A stretch of DNA of 64,000 nucleotides, taken from Octopus vulgaris. Taxonomy: Eukaryota. A program made the position numbers and the translations under genes. Where the stretch lies: positions 103,974,001 through 104,038,000 of the forward strand of contig OX597821.1 of the NCBI GenBank assembly GCA_951406725.2, written 5' to 3'. Position 1 is the first letter of the stretch. Each line of letters starts with the position of its first letter. Of this stretch, positions 12,379-27,085 are shown one piece after another. A model generated the notes under the pieces. The model saw only the letters and a program-made list of their open reading frames with translations. It was not told where the DNA came from and ran no database searches.

Positions 12379-12910
12379 CAAAAAAAAAACACACATAACT
12401 CTCTCACACTGGAGAATGAGGATAACGATGATAATGATCCAGACAATTTTTTGAAAAATAACTTTTATCAAAACAAGACCCCGCCTTAGAGTAGCCACCT
12501 GGTCTTGCTATTTTTAAAGGCCAGGAATCAACTCATCACTTTCTATTGGAGGAACTGACCAGCTGTATAGATGTAAACGCATTTTTTCTTCTTTCTTTCC
12601 TTCTCTTTTCCATTGTCACTCCTTTCAGATACACAGGCACACACACACGCGCATACACACACATACACACACACACACTCGCTCTCTCACTTTCTCCCAT
12701 TCTTCACTCTCTTTTACTATATCTCTCTCCAACCCTACACACCCAATAATACTATAAAAAGAGACAAATCCTCTCAAAAAATTCAAATCTGAGAAATCTA
12801 CTAGAGTAGATGCAAGCGTTAAACTTATGATTTATGAAAACGTATGACATATTAATAAAAATCTGTAAATGTGCAACCATCCAGATCTCTGAGTACCTTA
12901 TTTTTTCTAA
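12222..12910 (+). repeat. Partial tandem duplication (12222-12350 / 12541-12680) followed by a short repeat related to 45211-45460 and 54960-55345
   Basis: TTCTATTG..GAACTGA.CAG.TGTATAGATGTA...CACTCCTTTCAGATACA recurs at a ~319-bp period; 12785-12910 matches the AATAAAAATCTGTAAAT..AACCATCCAGA..TCTGAGTA family. Confidence 0.7.
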
Positions 12911-12913
12911 TAT

Positions 12914-12993
<80 letters not shown>

Positions 12994-13475
12994 TTTAGCA
13001 GAGTTGGAGGTGGGAATAACCGTCTAAATGATAACCGGCCTTGGGGCACTTATAACATATGTTACTTCTTTATGATTTTACTTTTCATTTACCTCTTTAT
13101 CTAAATCTACCCGTATAACCATCTTAATAGCTTGCCGTTTGTTTTTAAATTTAACTGACCAAATTAAATGGAACACTGGACTTTGGTTAATCCCATTATG
13201 GACAATAAGTGTTTGGTCTTTATCGGTAAGTAAATAAATGTAATTAATTCATGGGAATTTTATTTGGATAAAATATTAATTAGTACTATTAACATAATCT
13301 TAAGAACTATTACGATTACTTCTACCCGTTATAGCACTATCACTCACTCGTTTTCTAGACCTATTGGCCTATCCCGTTATACTAATGTACTTATTTTCTT
13401 TTATTATTTATACACCCTGTTACCACCTCTGTCGTCCGCTACGGTCTTGTTCTGTCTTTTGGGAGTTTTATATAG

Positions 13476-13516
<41 letters not shown>

Positions 13517-13626
13517 CAAAATTTAGATTCAGATGAATATGGTATCAGAATTTTGTATGGTATTATCCATATAAATCAAATGGGGTGATTATAATCAAAA
13601 TAAGCAACAAGTATATCCGAGGTAGA

Positions 13627-13712
13627 GCAGTACAATTGTTTCATGCTACTTCATTTTATTAAACACTGTAAGTATTAGATCAGTTTTAAAATGTCGAGCA
13701 ATCTTCAGCCAC
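13627..13712 (-). ncRNA. Type I hammerhead-like motif with long loop II
   Basis: Minus strand GTGG-CTGAAGA-TTGCT-(~49 nt)-AGCAT-GAAA-CAATTG-TA-CTGC. Core boxes intact, palindromic helix III ACAATTGT, weak GU-rich helix I. Confidence 0.55.
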
Positions 13713-14084
13713 TTATAGAATTTTCCAGTCAAACGGACAATGCACATTCTTATCTCTATTTCATTTGCCAACATTATAAAGCGGGTAGATATATAGACAG
13801 AGAGGTTGATTTCATTCCTAAGAACATGATAGTAGCAAATTCACTCTTTGACTGTAGATTTTATCACTGAGTTTATTTTGTTATTTAGATCTGTCAATGG
13901 GGTGGGGGATTTTATTTTTGGTTGGATGGAGACAAAGAATTATTTCTATTTATAGATATAGGAAGGGGTAGTACAAATGTCAAAACCATAAACCTATTCC
14001 CATTTTAAGTAATTCAGTTAAGACTCATTTGAATGTATTATAACAAAAAGCTAGTAGGTTGAAGTGAGAGGGGTAGGAGAACAT

Positions 14085-14245
14085 AGACTACTAGTGCTCT
14101 CGATGTTTTAATGTCCCTTACCATGTAACATCCAGATTCCATATTAAGAAATCTAAGTAAATATTCTTTAGACAATTTCCTAAAGAATTTCAATAAATAT
14201 ATCAGTTACTTATATAGGGATAGAAAAAATATAGATATCATTTCA

Positions 14246-14308
<63 letters not shown>

Positions 14309-15240
14309 TATTAATATATAATCATAATTAGCTAGTAAATGGTGATTTTTTTTAATGAGTTGAATTAAGAAAATGATGGACATAATATCTACTAACTGTG
14401 GAAAAAAACTATATTAATTTAGCACATATCTCAGGAGTCAATAAGATATATTAAGAAGTAATGCAAGGGAGGTAATCATGATGAACCAAATAATTTTCCT
14501 GGATATGTAGAATTTTCTTGTAATTATTTCATATTGATATATCTCTATTTCTATTAATACAGAATCATAATTAGCTAGTAAATGGTGATTTGTTTTATTA
14601 ATGAGTCGAATTAAAACAATACGTTAGACATAATATTTACTACCTGTGGAGAAAATCTTTATCAATTTAGTAAATATATCAGGAGTCAAAAGGATATATT
14701 AAAAACTAATGGAAGGGAGGTAATCAAGATGAACCAACTAATTTCCCTAGATATATAGAATTTTCTTGTAATTATTTCATATTAATATATCTCTTTTTCT
14801 ATTAATACAGAATCATAATTAGCTTGTAAATGGTGATTTGTTTTATTGATGAGTCGAATTAAAACAATATGTTAGACATAATATTTACTACCTGTGGAGA
14901 AAAACTTTATCAAATTAGTAAATATATCAGGAGTGAAAAAGATATATTTTTTCCACAGTTAGTATATATTATGTCCATTATTTTCTTTTAATTCAGCTCA
15001 TTAAAAAAATCACCATTTACTAGCTAATTATGATTATATATTAATAAAAATTGATATATATATATATACATTTATATAAATATGAAATGATTTCTATATT
15101 TTTTATCCCAATATAAGTAACTAATATTTATTGAACTTCTTTAGGAAATTGTCTACAGAATATTTACTTCGATTTCTTAATATGGAATCTGGATGTCAAA
15201 TGGTAAGGGTCATTAAAACATCTAGAGCACTAGCAGTCTA
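14085..15240. repeat. Large fold-back: ~300-bp inverted arms around ~2.5 tandem units of ~245 bp
   Basis: 14085-~14410 is an imperfect reverse complement of ~14945-15240; ATCATAATTAGCT.GTAAATGGTGATTT starts at 14321, 14564 and 14812. Confidence 0.85.
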
Positions 15241-15246
15241 TCGTGC

Positions 15247-15288
<42 letters not shown>

Positions 15289-15305
15289 GCATTTAATGTA
15301 AAATA

Positions 15306-15711
15306 CCCTCCCCAATGTGGTTAGCCATGATAAGATGGCTTCTATACTTTACATTATCGAGCGATTACTGTTTCAATCTCATTCTGAGATTTAATTATGC
15401 TTACTGTTCGTTTTTCGACATCAGTGGCAGACGTCGTTAGAAAAACTTATATCTATTTGCAAAGGAGCCTTCTCTTTCATCGCTACCTGGTGGTTACCGC
15501 CCGTTGACGAAGGACAACAATCCCGAAACTAGTTCGAGCGTATCACTCAGGCTTGCGAGGAAGGGATGGCCTCCCTTTGCAAATACTCCAAGGACACAGA
15601 TATTGTGTCTAAAGCCAGCTTGAGACGAAGGTCACTTGGGGCTATAAAGCTACAGTAACACCCCCTCCCCAATGTGGTTAGCCATGATAAGATGGCTTCA
15701 ATACTTTACAT
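15306..15711 (+). mobile_element. Retrozyme-like element: 357-nt monomer plus 49-bp terminal redundancy, one hammerhead-like motif (15498-15540)
   Basis: Direct repeat 15306-15354 / 15663-15711; CGCCCG-TTGACGA-A-GGA CAACAA TCC-C-GAAA-CTAG-TT-CGAGCG; colinear with 60541-61206. Confidence 0.7.
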
Positions 15712-16109
15712 AATATACTGAATTCTATATAAATAAATAGTAATAAATTAACAGAACAATTCAAGTTGCTTTTATAGGAAAATATAGACACATATCATGT
15801 TACATTCTAAAAGGCGTGCTCCCAACACGTGACATAGATTTGACTAATTATTGCTGAGTATCGAAGTTCATGACAATTTCAAACTACTTTATCATGTCCA
15901 CTGTCTCATCTTTGTAAATGTTTGCAAATGAACAGAATGGATCTTCTTCATTCTGTAAAGTCTAGTTCTATCTATCAGTTCACGGAAATTTATTAAGATT
16001 AACCGCCACAGGCACTTCCGGTGATTTACTTTGCTTGGAAAATTAGATTAGTTTTCGCTGTTACACTGATAAGAGTAATTGCATTATGGCTCTTTATAAT
16101 TGTCTAGAC

Positions 16110-16741
16110 CAGTGGCTGTCAACAAGTTTCTTACCTATGGACTCTTTTAATTTCTGTTTCACCCGGGTGAACCCTCATACCCATTCACTGTTTAAAATAT
16201 CCTCTCATATTTTTATAATTAAATGTTCTTTTCTACTCGAGGCACAGGACACGATATATTTGGGGAGGGGGCCTGTCGATTAGATCGACCTCAGTATGAA
16301 ACTGTTATTAATTTATCGATCCCGAAAGGATGAAAGGCAAAGTCGAGCTCGGCAGAATTTGAACTCAGAACATAACGACAGACGAAATACCTACTTCTTT
16401 ACTACCCACAAGGGGTTAAACACAGACAGGACAAACAAGGAAAGGCAAACGGATTAAGTCGATTATATCGACCCCAGTGCGTAACTGGTACTTAATTTAT
16501 CGACCCCGAAAGGATGAAAGGCAAAGTCGACCTCGGCGGTATTTGAACTCAGAAAGCAACGGCAGACGAAATACCACTAAGCATTTCGCCCGGCGTGCTA
16601 ACATATTACATCAAATTCTATAATAAAATTGTTAAAATATTTTGTATATCTAGGTATAAGCAATTTATTGTGAATAAACATTAACAACCAAATTTTATAT
16701 GGACCGCCATGGATCATAAGGATCCCGGTTGAGGGCCAATG
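16110..16741. mobile_element. hAT (Charlie-like) MITE interrupted by a SINE
   Basis: Imperfect TIRs CAGTGGCTGTCAAC / GTTGAGGGCCAATG (11/14); left flank GTCTAGAC resembles the Charlie target; similar layout to 63067-63347. Confidence 0.55.
16226..16602 (-). mobile_element. SINE family C, internally duplicated (dimeric) copy
   Basis: Two copies of TTATCGACCCCGAAAGGATGAAAGGCAAAGTCGACCTCGGCGGAATTTGAACTCAGAAC ~180 bp apart; tRNA-like head on minus strand. Confidence 0.85.
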
Positions 16742-17267
16742 GTTTTCAGTCTAAACTTTATGCAAATGGTGAGCAAGTCAATATTCATAAACATTTATAG
16801 GTATTTCGATAATTGGTGAAGAGAGGAAGTTGAAATAAGAGCTGAAACTAGAAAAAGAGTTTCCAACAGAGAACATTCTGTTAAATGAAACAAAAGAACA
16901 GTTGTTGTTTGTTGGACGTTGTACAATGGGTAACGAACGATGTTTGTAACACAAACCGGGCACTTCGACAAAGTTTTACGCTTTACTGTCTACGAATTTG
17001 CAAGTTTCGATGAGAATAAACAAACCTTTGCCATATGAAGTCTTAAGAAAATAAACACTAATCAAAATTCATAAATTTATGCGATGTGTGATATTATTGT
17101 CCTTTGAAGAATACAGTAAATGTGCGCGTGCACACAGACATACAAGCTGAAAACACACACACACACACACAAACAGACATACACAGACTCATTCACACAC
17201 AAATATACATTATATATTGGGTTGTTAGAAAACGTTTTTCCATTTATTTCAACAAATTTATTTTAGA

Positions 17268-17675
17268 TGTAGGTATGCCTGCGTGGTAAGAAGTTTGCTT
17301 CTCAACCACATAGTTCTGGGTTCTGACCCATTGCGTGGCACCTTGGACAAGTTTTCTTCTACCTACTATAGCTCCGGGGCGACTAACACCTTGTGAGTGA
17401 ATTTGGTGGCCTGAAACTTCCTGAATGCCAATAATACATATACGTATATATACGGATAAAAACCCCAAATTGATGTGCGCAAACCGAAACTTGTTACCAG
17501 TTCAATATGATTTAGGAATATTGAAACCGGTAAGAAAACCATTCACTGTGTTTTGTCATGGAGGAGGAGATAGCTACTCCGAAATGCATAAATGCAGCGG
17601 CCTGGGTAGGGGGCGCTTCGAACTGACTTGTTGGATTTACACCGACATATATACATACATATATATATATATATG

Positions 17676-17748
<73 letters not shown>

Positions 17749-17990
17749 CTATCTATGTATCTATATATGTTTGTATCTATCTACCTACAAATGAATGTAC
17801 AATGTGTTTGCATTTGTGTTGGTCTTCCACACGGTTTCATAACTAGTGTCTGTCTGTTTACGTTTCAGCAACATAGCGGTTCGGCAAAGTAAACTGATAT
17901 AATAAGTATCAGGCGATAGAAATGTTCTCGCGTTACCCCAGCATGGTCACAAACAAGTGAATGAAGGAAGTAAAATGATAAACGAAACAT
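17268..17990 (+). mobile_element. Degenerate, interrupted SINE family A copy
   Basis: Head GCGTGGTAAGAAGTTTGCT..CCTTGGACAAG at 17280-17425; tail AGCGGTTCGGCAAA..CCCAGCATGGTCACA at ~17875-17955. Confidence 0.6.
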
Positions 17991-19428
17991 GATGAATGAA
18001 ACCACATGAAACAGAAACAAAAGAACTTTTGTTGAAAACTTCTGGTTACTAATTACTAATGATATAACAAAATAATGGGATAAAAAATGTAACTGTTGAC
18101 TAAGTGACGTTACTAGTGAGAGCTTAGTGGACATGAATTTAAAAGCTAAGTCATCCGAACAATATGTACAGCAGTTCAAACGCAATAAGCTGTCGACCCC
18201 TCAGATGGGAAAATATCCAATATGAGGTCGTCCCTGGGATGACCAAAATGAGAATAGATTCAGTTGGAAATTTCGAGATCTGTACCAAAATTGATAAGTA
18301 ACTGAAGAAGACCAAAGTGTACAACAGCTGCTATGTTGTGACTATAATTATTGTGAATATATTACTATGAAATTATAAAAATCTCATCGTAATTATTGAT
18401 ACATAATACACAAATATGCACACTCTCTCACTCACACACACACATGCGTATTTACATTATATACATAGTATATACTTAATAGTTACGTTACATTGATGCA
18501 ACGTTTTCAATGAGTGAACGGAGATGCTAGGCTTTTGTAGACACACTATGAAATTCTTTCTCAGTAATTTCCTCCGTCTAAAATTATAGATGTCCGTAGT
18601 CATATTTGACGATAATTTTATTTTGATCTTTCATTTTCAGATAACTACGTTCCTAATTACTACGTGTCGTTCAATTTGTACAAGTCCGTTATCTTTTATT
18701 TATTGTAAATGCATATATATTATATCCATTATACACACACACATGCGCATATTCATACATATATTTCATTATACAAACTATTTTCACACTATCATTTTCA
18801 CTACGCCTGTACAGAAAATATTTATCCTTTACCCAATTGATAAATAAAGATTCATGCTTACATCAATGGTCATTAATATAGATTTATATTTTCCATTAAC
18901 CATACGATGTTTGCCAAGTTATTTCGCATTTATTTCTAGTAGTGTATACACTTGAAATGTCTAGTCTTAATGTTCTTTTTCATCATAGCCTGAAGGTCGG
19001 CAACGAGGAACTCAGACCAAAAATTATTAACAGTACAGTAAATTCTCTGTCTATATATCTACATTTTAAGTGCTTAGATATTTAGATTTTGGGCAAAATT
19101 AACCATTATCAGGACAAGCATAATAGCAACAACTAGAGAATACATATAATAATGTTTCATATTACAGTAATATTTTGGACACCAAAATTCATTCAAATAT
19201 AGAATTACTGTTTGTAGAGATATATCCGAATATTGGTGGTTTATCTGGAATTTGTCTAGGAATCATTTGAATGTTATCTGATCTTTTCTTTCGCTAATGA
19301 GCCTTGACAAGATGTTAAAGGAAGCAGAGCTAGTTGAAGTGAAGTAGTTTTGTCTTAGGGTTGTGATGTGGTGCGAGCGGACGGCACAATAAACTAGACT
19401 TGAATGTATTTTAAATTTGATACCTATA

Positions 19429-19828
19429 TCATTTTCTACATTAGACACAAGGCCCGAAATCTTTGGGGAGGGGAGCAGTCGATTAGATCGACTCCAGTAC
19501 GCAACTGGTGCTTAATTTATCGACACTGAAAGGACGAAAGGCAAAGTCGACGTCGGCGGAATTTGAACTCAGAACGTAAAGATAGACGAAATACCTATTT
19601 CTTTACAACCCACAAGGGGCTAAACACAGAGAGGACAAACAAGGACAGACAAACGGATTAAGTCGGTTATATCGACCACAGTGCGTAACTGGTACTTATT
19701 TAATCGACCCCGAAAGGATGAAAGGAAAAGTTGACGTTGGCGGAATTTGAACTCAGAACGTAAAGATAGACGAAATACCTCTAAGCATTTCGCCCGGCGT
19801 GCTTACGTTTCTGCCAGCTCGCCGCCTT
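19429..19828 (-). mobile_element. SINE family C, full-length dimeric copy with long TSD
   Basis: Same duplicated core; flanked by TTAAA(T/G)TTGATACC(T/A)ATATCATTT at 19411-19434 and 19827-19850 (22/24). Confidence 0.88.
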
Positions 19829-21509
19829 AAAGTTGATACCAATATCATTTGGGTAATGCTGATGGAATACTTTCCATATACTGCAAATGATATATCTATA
19901 TATTGATGTCTACCAATCAAACAATCACTTAATCAATCATTCGAACAATATATAAAAACATGTATGTGTGTGTATTTGTGGGTGAGTAGGTATATATAAA
20001 TGTATGTAGAATTCAGTGGAAGGTAATACTTATATAACTTTAGTAATATATGTGTGCCTCTGTATGACAATGTATGTGTGTATATATACATGCTTTGTGT
20101 ATAATTAGATAAACTCACACACACATAAAACAGACACACAGACAGACACACACATGGCTGTATATATATATATATATAACTATTTGTAGTAGGAAAGAAT
20201 TTACTAGTGCATCAGAATTTGATATACATGCCTATATCTTCTGACTCCATTGTAAATTTTCCCAGTCCGCAAATTTGATTAGGTTTCTTCAAAAACCGAA
20301 ACAGATTTTACCTTCTTCAGATAACCTAGTGAATGATTGCTTCCTCACATTGGCAGACCAATCACTCTTTCCTATTCACTCGATCCGCTGCCAGCAGCCA
20401 TAGATTTCAACATGTGAATATATCGATACGTATCCATTGACACTGATATATTACAGCTACAATACGCGCATTAGCATTTGAAAAGAAATCGTTACAACTC
20501 GAATAGACTTTCATATGTGGTAACCATTAGGATTCGAGATAGAATTCATGGCGAATAATAGATGTAAATATGAGGCTTCTAATACGTCTCGATGTATATG
20601 AAATACAAGGAAATATAAATAGGTAGCTTGCTATTATAGAAGTAAAGAATATAGACAAATTTACGAAGAAATATATATATATATATATATATGTGTGTAT
20701 GTACATCGATACATGTACTATTTACTGGAAATGCAGCTACGATCCAAAAGAAATAAATAAGTTGGTAATGGAATTAGTAAATAATACTTACATCTTACAA
20801 ATTCATTTGAGACACGAGTATTTTAACATCAAGAAAAATAACACGTCTCGTATATTTTTGAGGCAACAAGCCAATTTTCTTAGTTAAGGTTTGCAGAAAG
20901 AGCCTCAAGGGAGACAACCCAGAAGTCATCAAAGTTGTTACTCTAGACATAGAGAATAATTGAGATTGGGAGTAAATTTGATGAATATAAAGAAATGTAA
21001 TAAAAAAATGACAAAAGAAAAAACGAAACAAAGTAGTATCAGCCCCACCTTCACCCCTTAAGGCAAGAAATACATGTATAAAATGGTAAAATGAAAAAAA
21101 ATACGTTACTAAATGAGCATCGAGAGGATTCATTGGCAGGCTATACAAAACACATGAGAAAAGTTGGTAGTTTCTTTAAAACTTGTTATTGTTGAAGGTT
21201 GTCGCTTTTTGTTTTCCTTTTTTTTTTTTTGTTGGCAATGTCCGAGCAGTACTTTTTTGGTAATGTCCATGCGTGGTTTATATTTTATTTAGTGACTGTA
21301 GATTAGTCAAGCTATATTTAACACAGAGGTACTTATCGAGTAATAGTCACAGTTTTATCACCCACCTGAGAACGGATTATAGACACAGAAACTGGATTAT
21401 TATTATGTGATCTTTACAAAGCAATATCGAAAGAAAAAATGAAACAAACCAGACGTCATAACAGAATACAGAATGGAACACGACACTGAATAATACAAAT
21501 ACCAACGCT

Positions 21510-22345
<836 letters not shown>

Positions 22346-22922
22346 TAGTTGTTCAAATATATATTTACTCAATTAGAAGAGTGTGTATATTAATGCAGAC
22401 ACAGACTAACACATGCACATATAAACACATACATTCATTCATAAAATAACATAAATACACTTGTGTATTTCTCTGGAAGTATGTATGTATAACATATATA
22501 TATATATATATTTATCTACGCATGTATGTATATGTGCGTGCACGCGAGTTTGTAGCATTAAGCTATATAACAATTCCTATATTGAAGAAGCAACATTTTT
22601 CATAAATTTAAATATTCGTTATTTATGGATGACTCACAAATATATATTTATAAAGATGTCTGGTGTTATTTATTATTTACAAACTATCCATACACAATTG
22701 ATTTTATTGAACAATTTTCAAAGGACTGTAAACTTTGTAAATTGCAAATTATTTAAAACGACAAGAGTAGAATCGATTGTATGACTTCAAGTCAGAAAGT
22801 ATCCAGCGATAGAACTTTGTAGAGAAAGTCACCAATATATATACACCTACATACATATATATATATATACATATATGAATATACATATACAGAGGTTCAT
22901 AATAACATCTCTCTCTCCCTCC

Positions 22923-22961
<39 letters not shown>

Positions 22962-22975
22962 CATAAACATATATA

Positions 22976-23137
22976 GGCGCAGGAGTGGCTGTGTGGTAAG
23001 TAGCTTGCTTATCAACCACATGGTTCTGGGTTCAGTCCCACTGCGTGGCGCCTTGGGCAGGTGTCTTCTACTATAGCTTCAGGCCGGCCAAAACCTTGGG
23101 AGTGGATTTGGTATGAGGAAACTGAAAGAAGCTCGTC

Positions 23138-23174
<37 letters not shown>

Positions 23175-23179
23175 CATAC

Positions 23180-23224
<45 letters not shown>

Positions 23225-23425
23225 TAAGTGTGTGTGTGCATATGTTTGTGTGTGTGTTTGGCCCCCCCAACATCGCTTTACAACCGATGCTGGTGTAACC
23301 TTGCGGTTCGGCAGAAGAAGACCGTTAGAATAAATACTAGGCTTAAATCCTGGGGTTGATTTGCTCGACATGCGGTGCTCCAGCATGGCCACAGTCAAAT
23401 GACTGAAACAAGAAAAAGAGTAAAG
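22976..23425 (+). mobile_element. SINE family A, full length
   Basis: Colinear with 4526-4925, including the internal TA tract and the CAGTCAAATGACTG hairpin tail. Confidence 0.88.
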
Positions 23426-23526
23426 AGTACACGTTTCTCTCTCTCCATAAATATATTTATATATATGTATACATATAAATCTATTTATATATATATATAT
23501 TTATATAATATATATATATGTATATA

Positions 23527-23576
<50 letters not shown>

Positions 23577-23655
23577 TACCTATATGTATATATGTGTAGT
23601 TTTATATATACATATATAAATACATACATGTATGCATATATGTATATCCATTATA

Positions 23656-23724
<69 letters not shown>

Positions 23725-24207
23725 ATTTGTATAGATGTATGTATTTATCTATGTATCATGTATACCAATCTCTATGGCAGCAAATGAACCAGGCTAACAT
23801 TTAATCAGCCAACCGACGACTACTAATCAACTAATACCTTAATCAGCTATTCATTCGACCGTCCAGTGGAGATTCGACCAAGCAGTAGACATGAAATACA
23901 ATCAGATATTTATGAAATAATAAATCATACAGGGAAAAACCAGCAAGGTTATAAATGTGTGCAAACAAATGGTAACTTAAATAACGAATCAATCTTGTCA
24001 AAATGTATCTGATTTGATGATTTAAATAATCGACAGTTGCTACACTGCCTAGACAGGAAAGTTACGTCTGACAATCAAATCAGCCGGATATAAGGACATA
24101 TAATAGACGAGTTAGGTGACAACGCAATCAATAAATGCCTAACTAATAATGAATTAAGTAATTATCAAAGCAGTTTACGAAATGTTCTGGTTGGCGATAC
24201 AATCGTT

Positions 24208-24522
24208 TGTCATGTACGCTTCTTCACATCACCGTTATCATGGCCGCTTTGCCTGCCGTTTTGCGCTTTTTCTGTTATGAGAGCTGCAGTTTGATTGGCC
24301 GGGTAACTAAAATTTTAGTCTCGATTTTAGTGGCTCCCGTACAATTGACCTGTACGTCGCACAGCAATTTGTCTCCGATTATTCCTGTTTTGAGTGCAGT
24401 CACTTGCTAAAGTGATGCCGATATGCTTCAGATCTTTGAAGGTGACACGACATGTCTTCGTGGCTCTCCCTCTCTTTCTTCGTCCTTTTTATAGTACCCA
24501 TTGTATAGCGGCCAGGTGGTAT
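24208..24522 (-). mobile_element. Probable 3' fragment of an RTE-type LINE
   Basis: Frameshifted minus-strand reading IQG-TIK-GRRKRGR-PRR resembles the RTE C-terminal GxRxRGRP motif. Confidence 0.45.
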
Positions 24523-24580
24523 TCGTTCTTCTGTCAGTCGACAGTCGACAGTTCCTACACTGTCTAGACAGGAAAGTTAC

Positions 24581-24960
24581 TTCTTATTTCTTTATTGCTC
24601 ACAAGGGGCTAAACAAGGACAGACAAAGAATTAAGTCGATTACATTGACCCCAGTGCATAACTGGTACTTGATTTATCGACCCCTAATGGATGTAAGGCA
24701 AAGTTGACCTCGGTGGAATTTGAACTCAGAACGTAAAGACAGACGAAATACCAATTTTTTAACTACCCACAAGGTGCTAAACACAGAGAGGACAAACAAG
24801 GACAGACAAACGGATTAAGTCGATTATATCGACCCCAGTGCGTAACTGGCACTTAATTTATCGACCCCGAAATGATAAAAGGCAAAGTCGACCTCGGCGG
24901 AATTAGAACGTAACGGCAGACGAAATACTGCTAAGCATTTCGCCCGGCGTGCTAACGTTT
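24581..24960 (-). mobile_element. SINE family C, dimeric copy with 27-bp TSD
   Basis: CCTACACTG(T/C)CTAGACAGGAAAGTTAC at 24554-24580 and 24961-24987. Confidence 0.88.
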
Positions 24961-26961
24961 CCTACACTGCCTAGACAGGAAAGTTACGTCTGACAATCAA
25001 ACCAGCCGCATATAAGGACATACAACAGACGAACTATGTGGCAACACAATCAATAAATTCCTAACTAATTATGAATTAAGTAATTATCAAAGCAGTTTAC
25101 GAAATGTCCTGGTTGGCGATACAATCGTTCTTCTGTCAATGCAAGAAATATAACCTAAAAATCTCACTCTTTTTTCTGCCACAATTTCCTATCTTGCTGC
25201 TCGTATTCACAATTTTCAGAACATCAGCGCTTCCGATTCTGACGCTGTAGGTGATATCGAGTTTTCTGCATAGACGCCGTTAGTGGAATGCAACCACTAC
25301 AGAAATTACAACAACAAAAAACAAAATATATCATTTGAGGAGTAAGTGAAGATCGTGAGGGTTTTAGTCACGTTTCGTTTGTTATGTTATTAATTCTTTC
25401 TTGCAGATGCGATTTCATACTATAAAACATTCCAGATATGAATGGAATAATAATAGGAGGTGAAATAAGGCGATCCAGTATGTTGAAATCAGATGTTTTG
25501 TCCTTTCTCTATTGTTTTTTTTTTTTTTATCTTTTACCTGATTGGTAAAAGAATTTAGTCTAAAATCCAAGCCTACCCCATCTCAGTACATATTTTTATA
25601 AAAATCTGGTGCTCATTCTATCGATCCACTTTAAGGGGACAGAAGCAAAGCAATAGTCTTTGTCAAGCGATATGAAAGGCATAAACAAACACAAATCGCA
25701 TATACCCATATATACATACGCAGAAACACACACACACAAACGCACACTCATACAGGACACGCATAACACACAACACATATGCATACACAAAAATATACAT
25801 ATATATAACGGACTGAATTCCTTTACAAGGCATTTTTTGGCTATATTAAAAGACACTCAACGATTGTCTCGAGAAGTGGGACCGAACTCTGAACCGTATC
25901 GTTGCAAAGCCACTTTCATAACCATACAACTATGTTTATGGAAATAATTGTGTCCAACAAAATGTGTTGATATATTTTTACGACCATCCGAAATCTTCGT
26001 CATTAAGACTATGCGCTGTTGTGAAAGCAACTAAGTCGTATATTTAAGAAGGACGGGGCTTGTCAATACTCAAGTTTTTTTAAGAAAGATTAAAGTAGCA
26101 AAAACGGATTAGAAATTTCTGTAAATCCGCAATCACAGCGTAGATTTCAATGTCAGTCAGTCACTTTCAACAGCTCCCCTTTGATGTTACTGCTGTTACT
26201 ATTGTTATTTAATCCCAGGTCAGACCTGATTGAGGAGATCTGTAATCATAAGTTTTCAAGCCGTAATCATTTTCTCTTCGCCTAACACCTAATAAAAACT
26301 TGTGTGAATAATTCTCCTCCCTCATCAAATAAAATAAATTGTGATTTGAGAGAAATACGACTGCTATTTCTTGTATATTACAACACCACGATTAGGCTCC
26401 ACAAATAGCAGATATGTATTTATGTTGTTGCTAATCCACCCTTAACATCATACATAGCTATTCTATAACATTCTATAGCATTCTTATTTTACTAGTCAAG
26501 TCCAATAATTTTTTTCAATATATTCCATTTCGTGTTTTCCCTCTCATCAACCCTGCTATCATATACATTAGCTTCATTTAAAGATCTTACATACATGATC
26601 CTTCCTTTGTTTTATTATGACAATGGATAATATACTAGCTACCATTATGCAGTTATTTTACGCTAATAAACCCCAGAGGATATTTCATAAGAGCTTTCTA
26701 GTTGAAGAATCTAAGATCTTAGAAATTTAATCGTTTTTTTTTTCCCTATTAGGATAATGTATGGAATCCGTATTTCTCTTATGCGATTACTTTACAGCAG
26801 TTAATCCCATCGGAATTTTAATAACAAATTCTCGTTGAATAAAGTAACAATTTACTTCTATTATGTATAATTATCTCCTTCCAGCCTCCCGATGTATCCA
26901 TATCCTTATTGTCTAACACCTCACACACCACACCATATCTATCCATCTATCTATCTATCTA

Positions 26962-27036
<75 letters not shown>

Positions 27037-27054
27037 ATATCTATCTATCAATCA

Positions 27055-27085
<31 letters not shown>

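Larger units (their letters stand above)
24030..25137 (+). repeat. Local ~190-bp tandem duplication, each copy carrying a different retroelement insertion
   Basis: 24030-24207 matches 24545-24580 plus 24961-25128; TCGTTCTTCTGTCA closes both copies. Confidence 0.75.
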
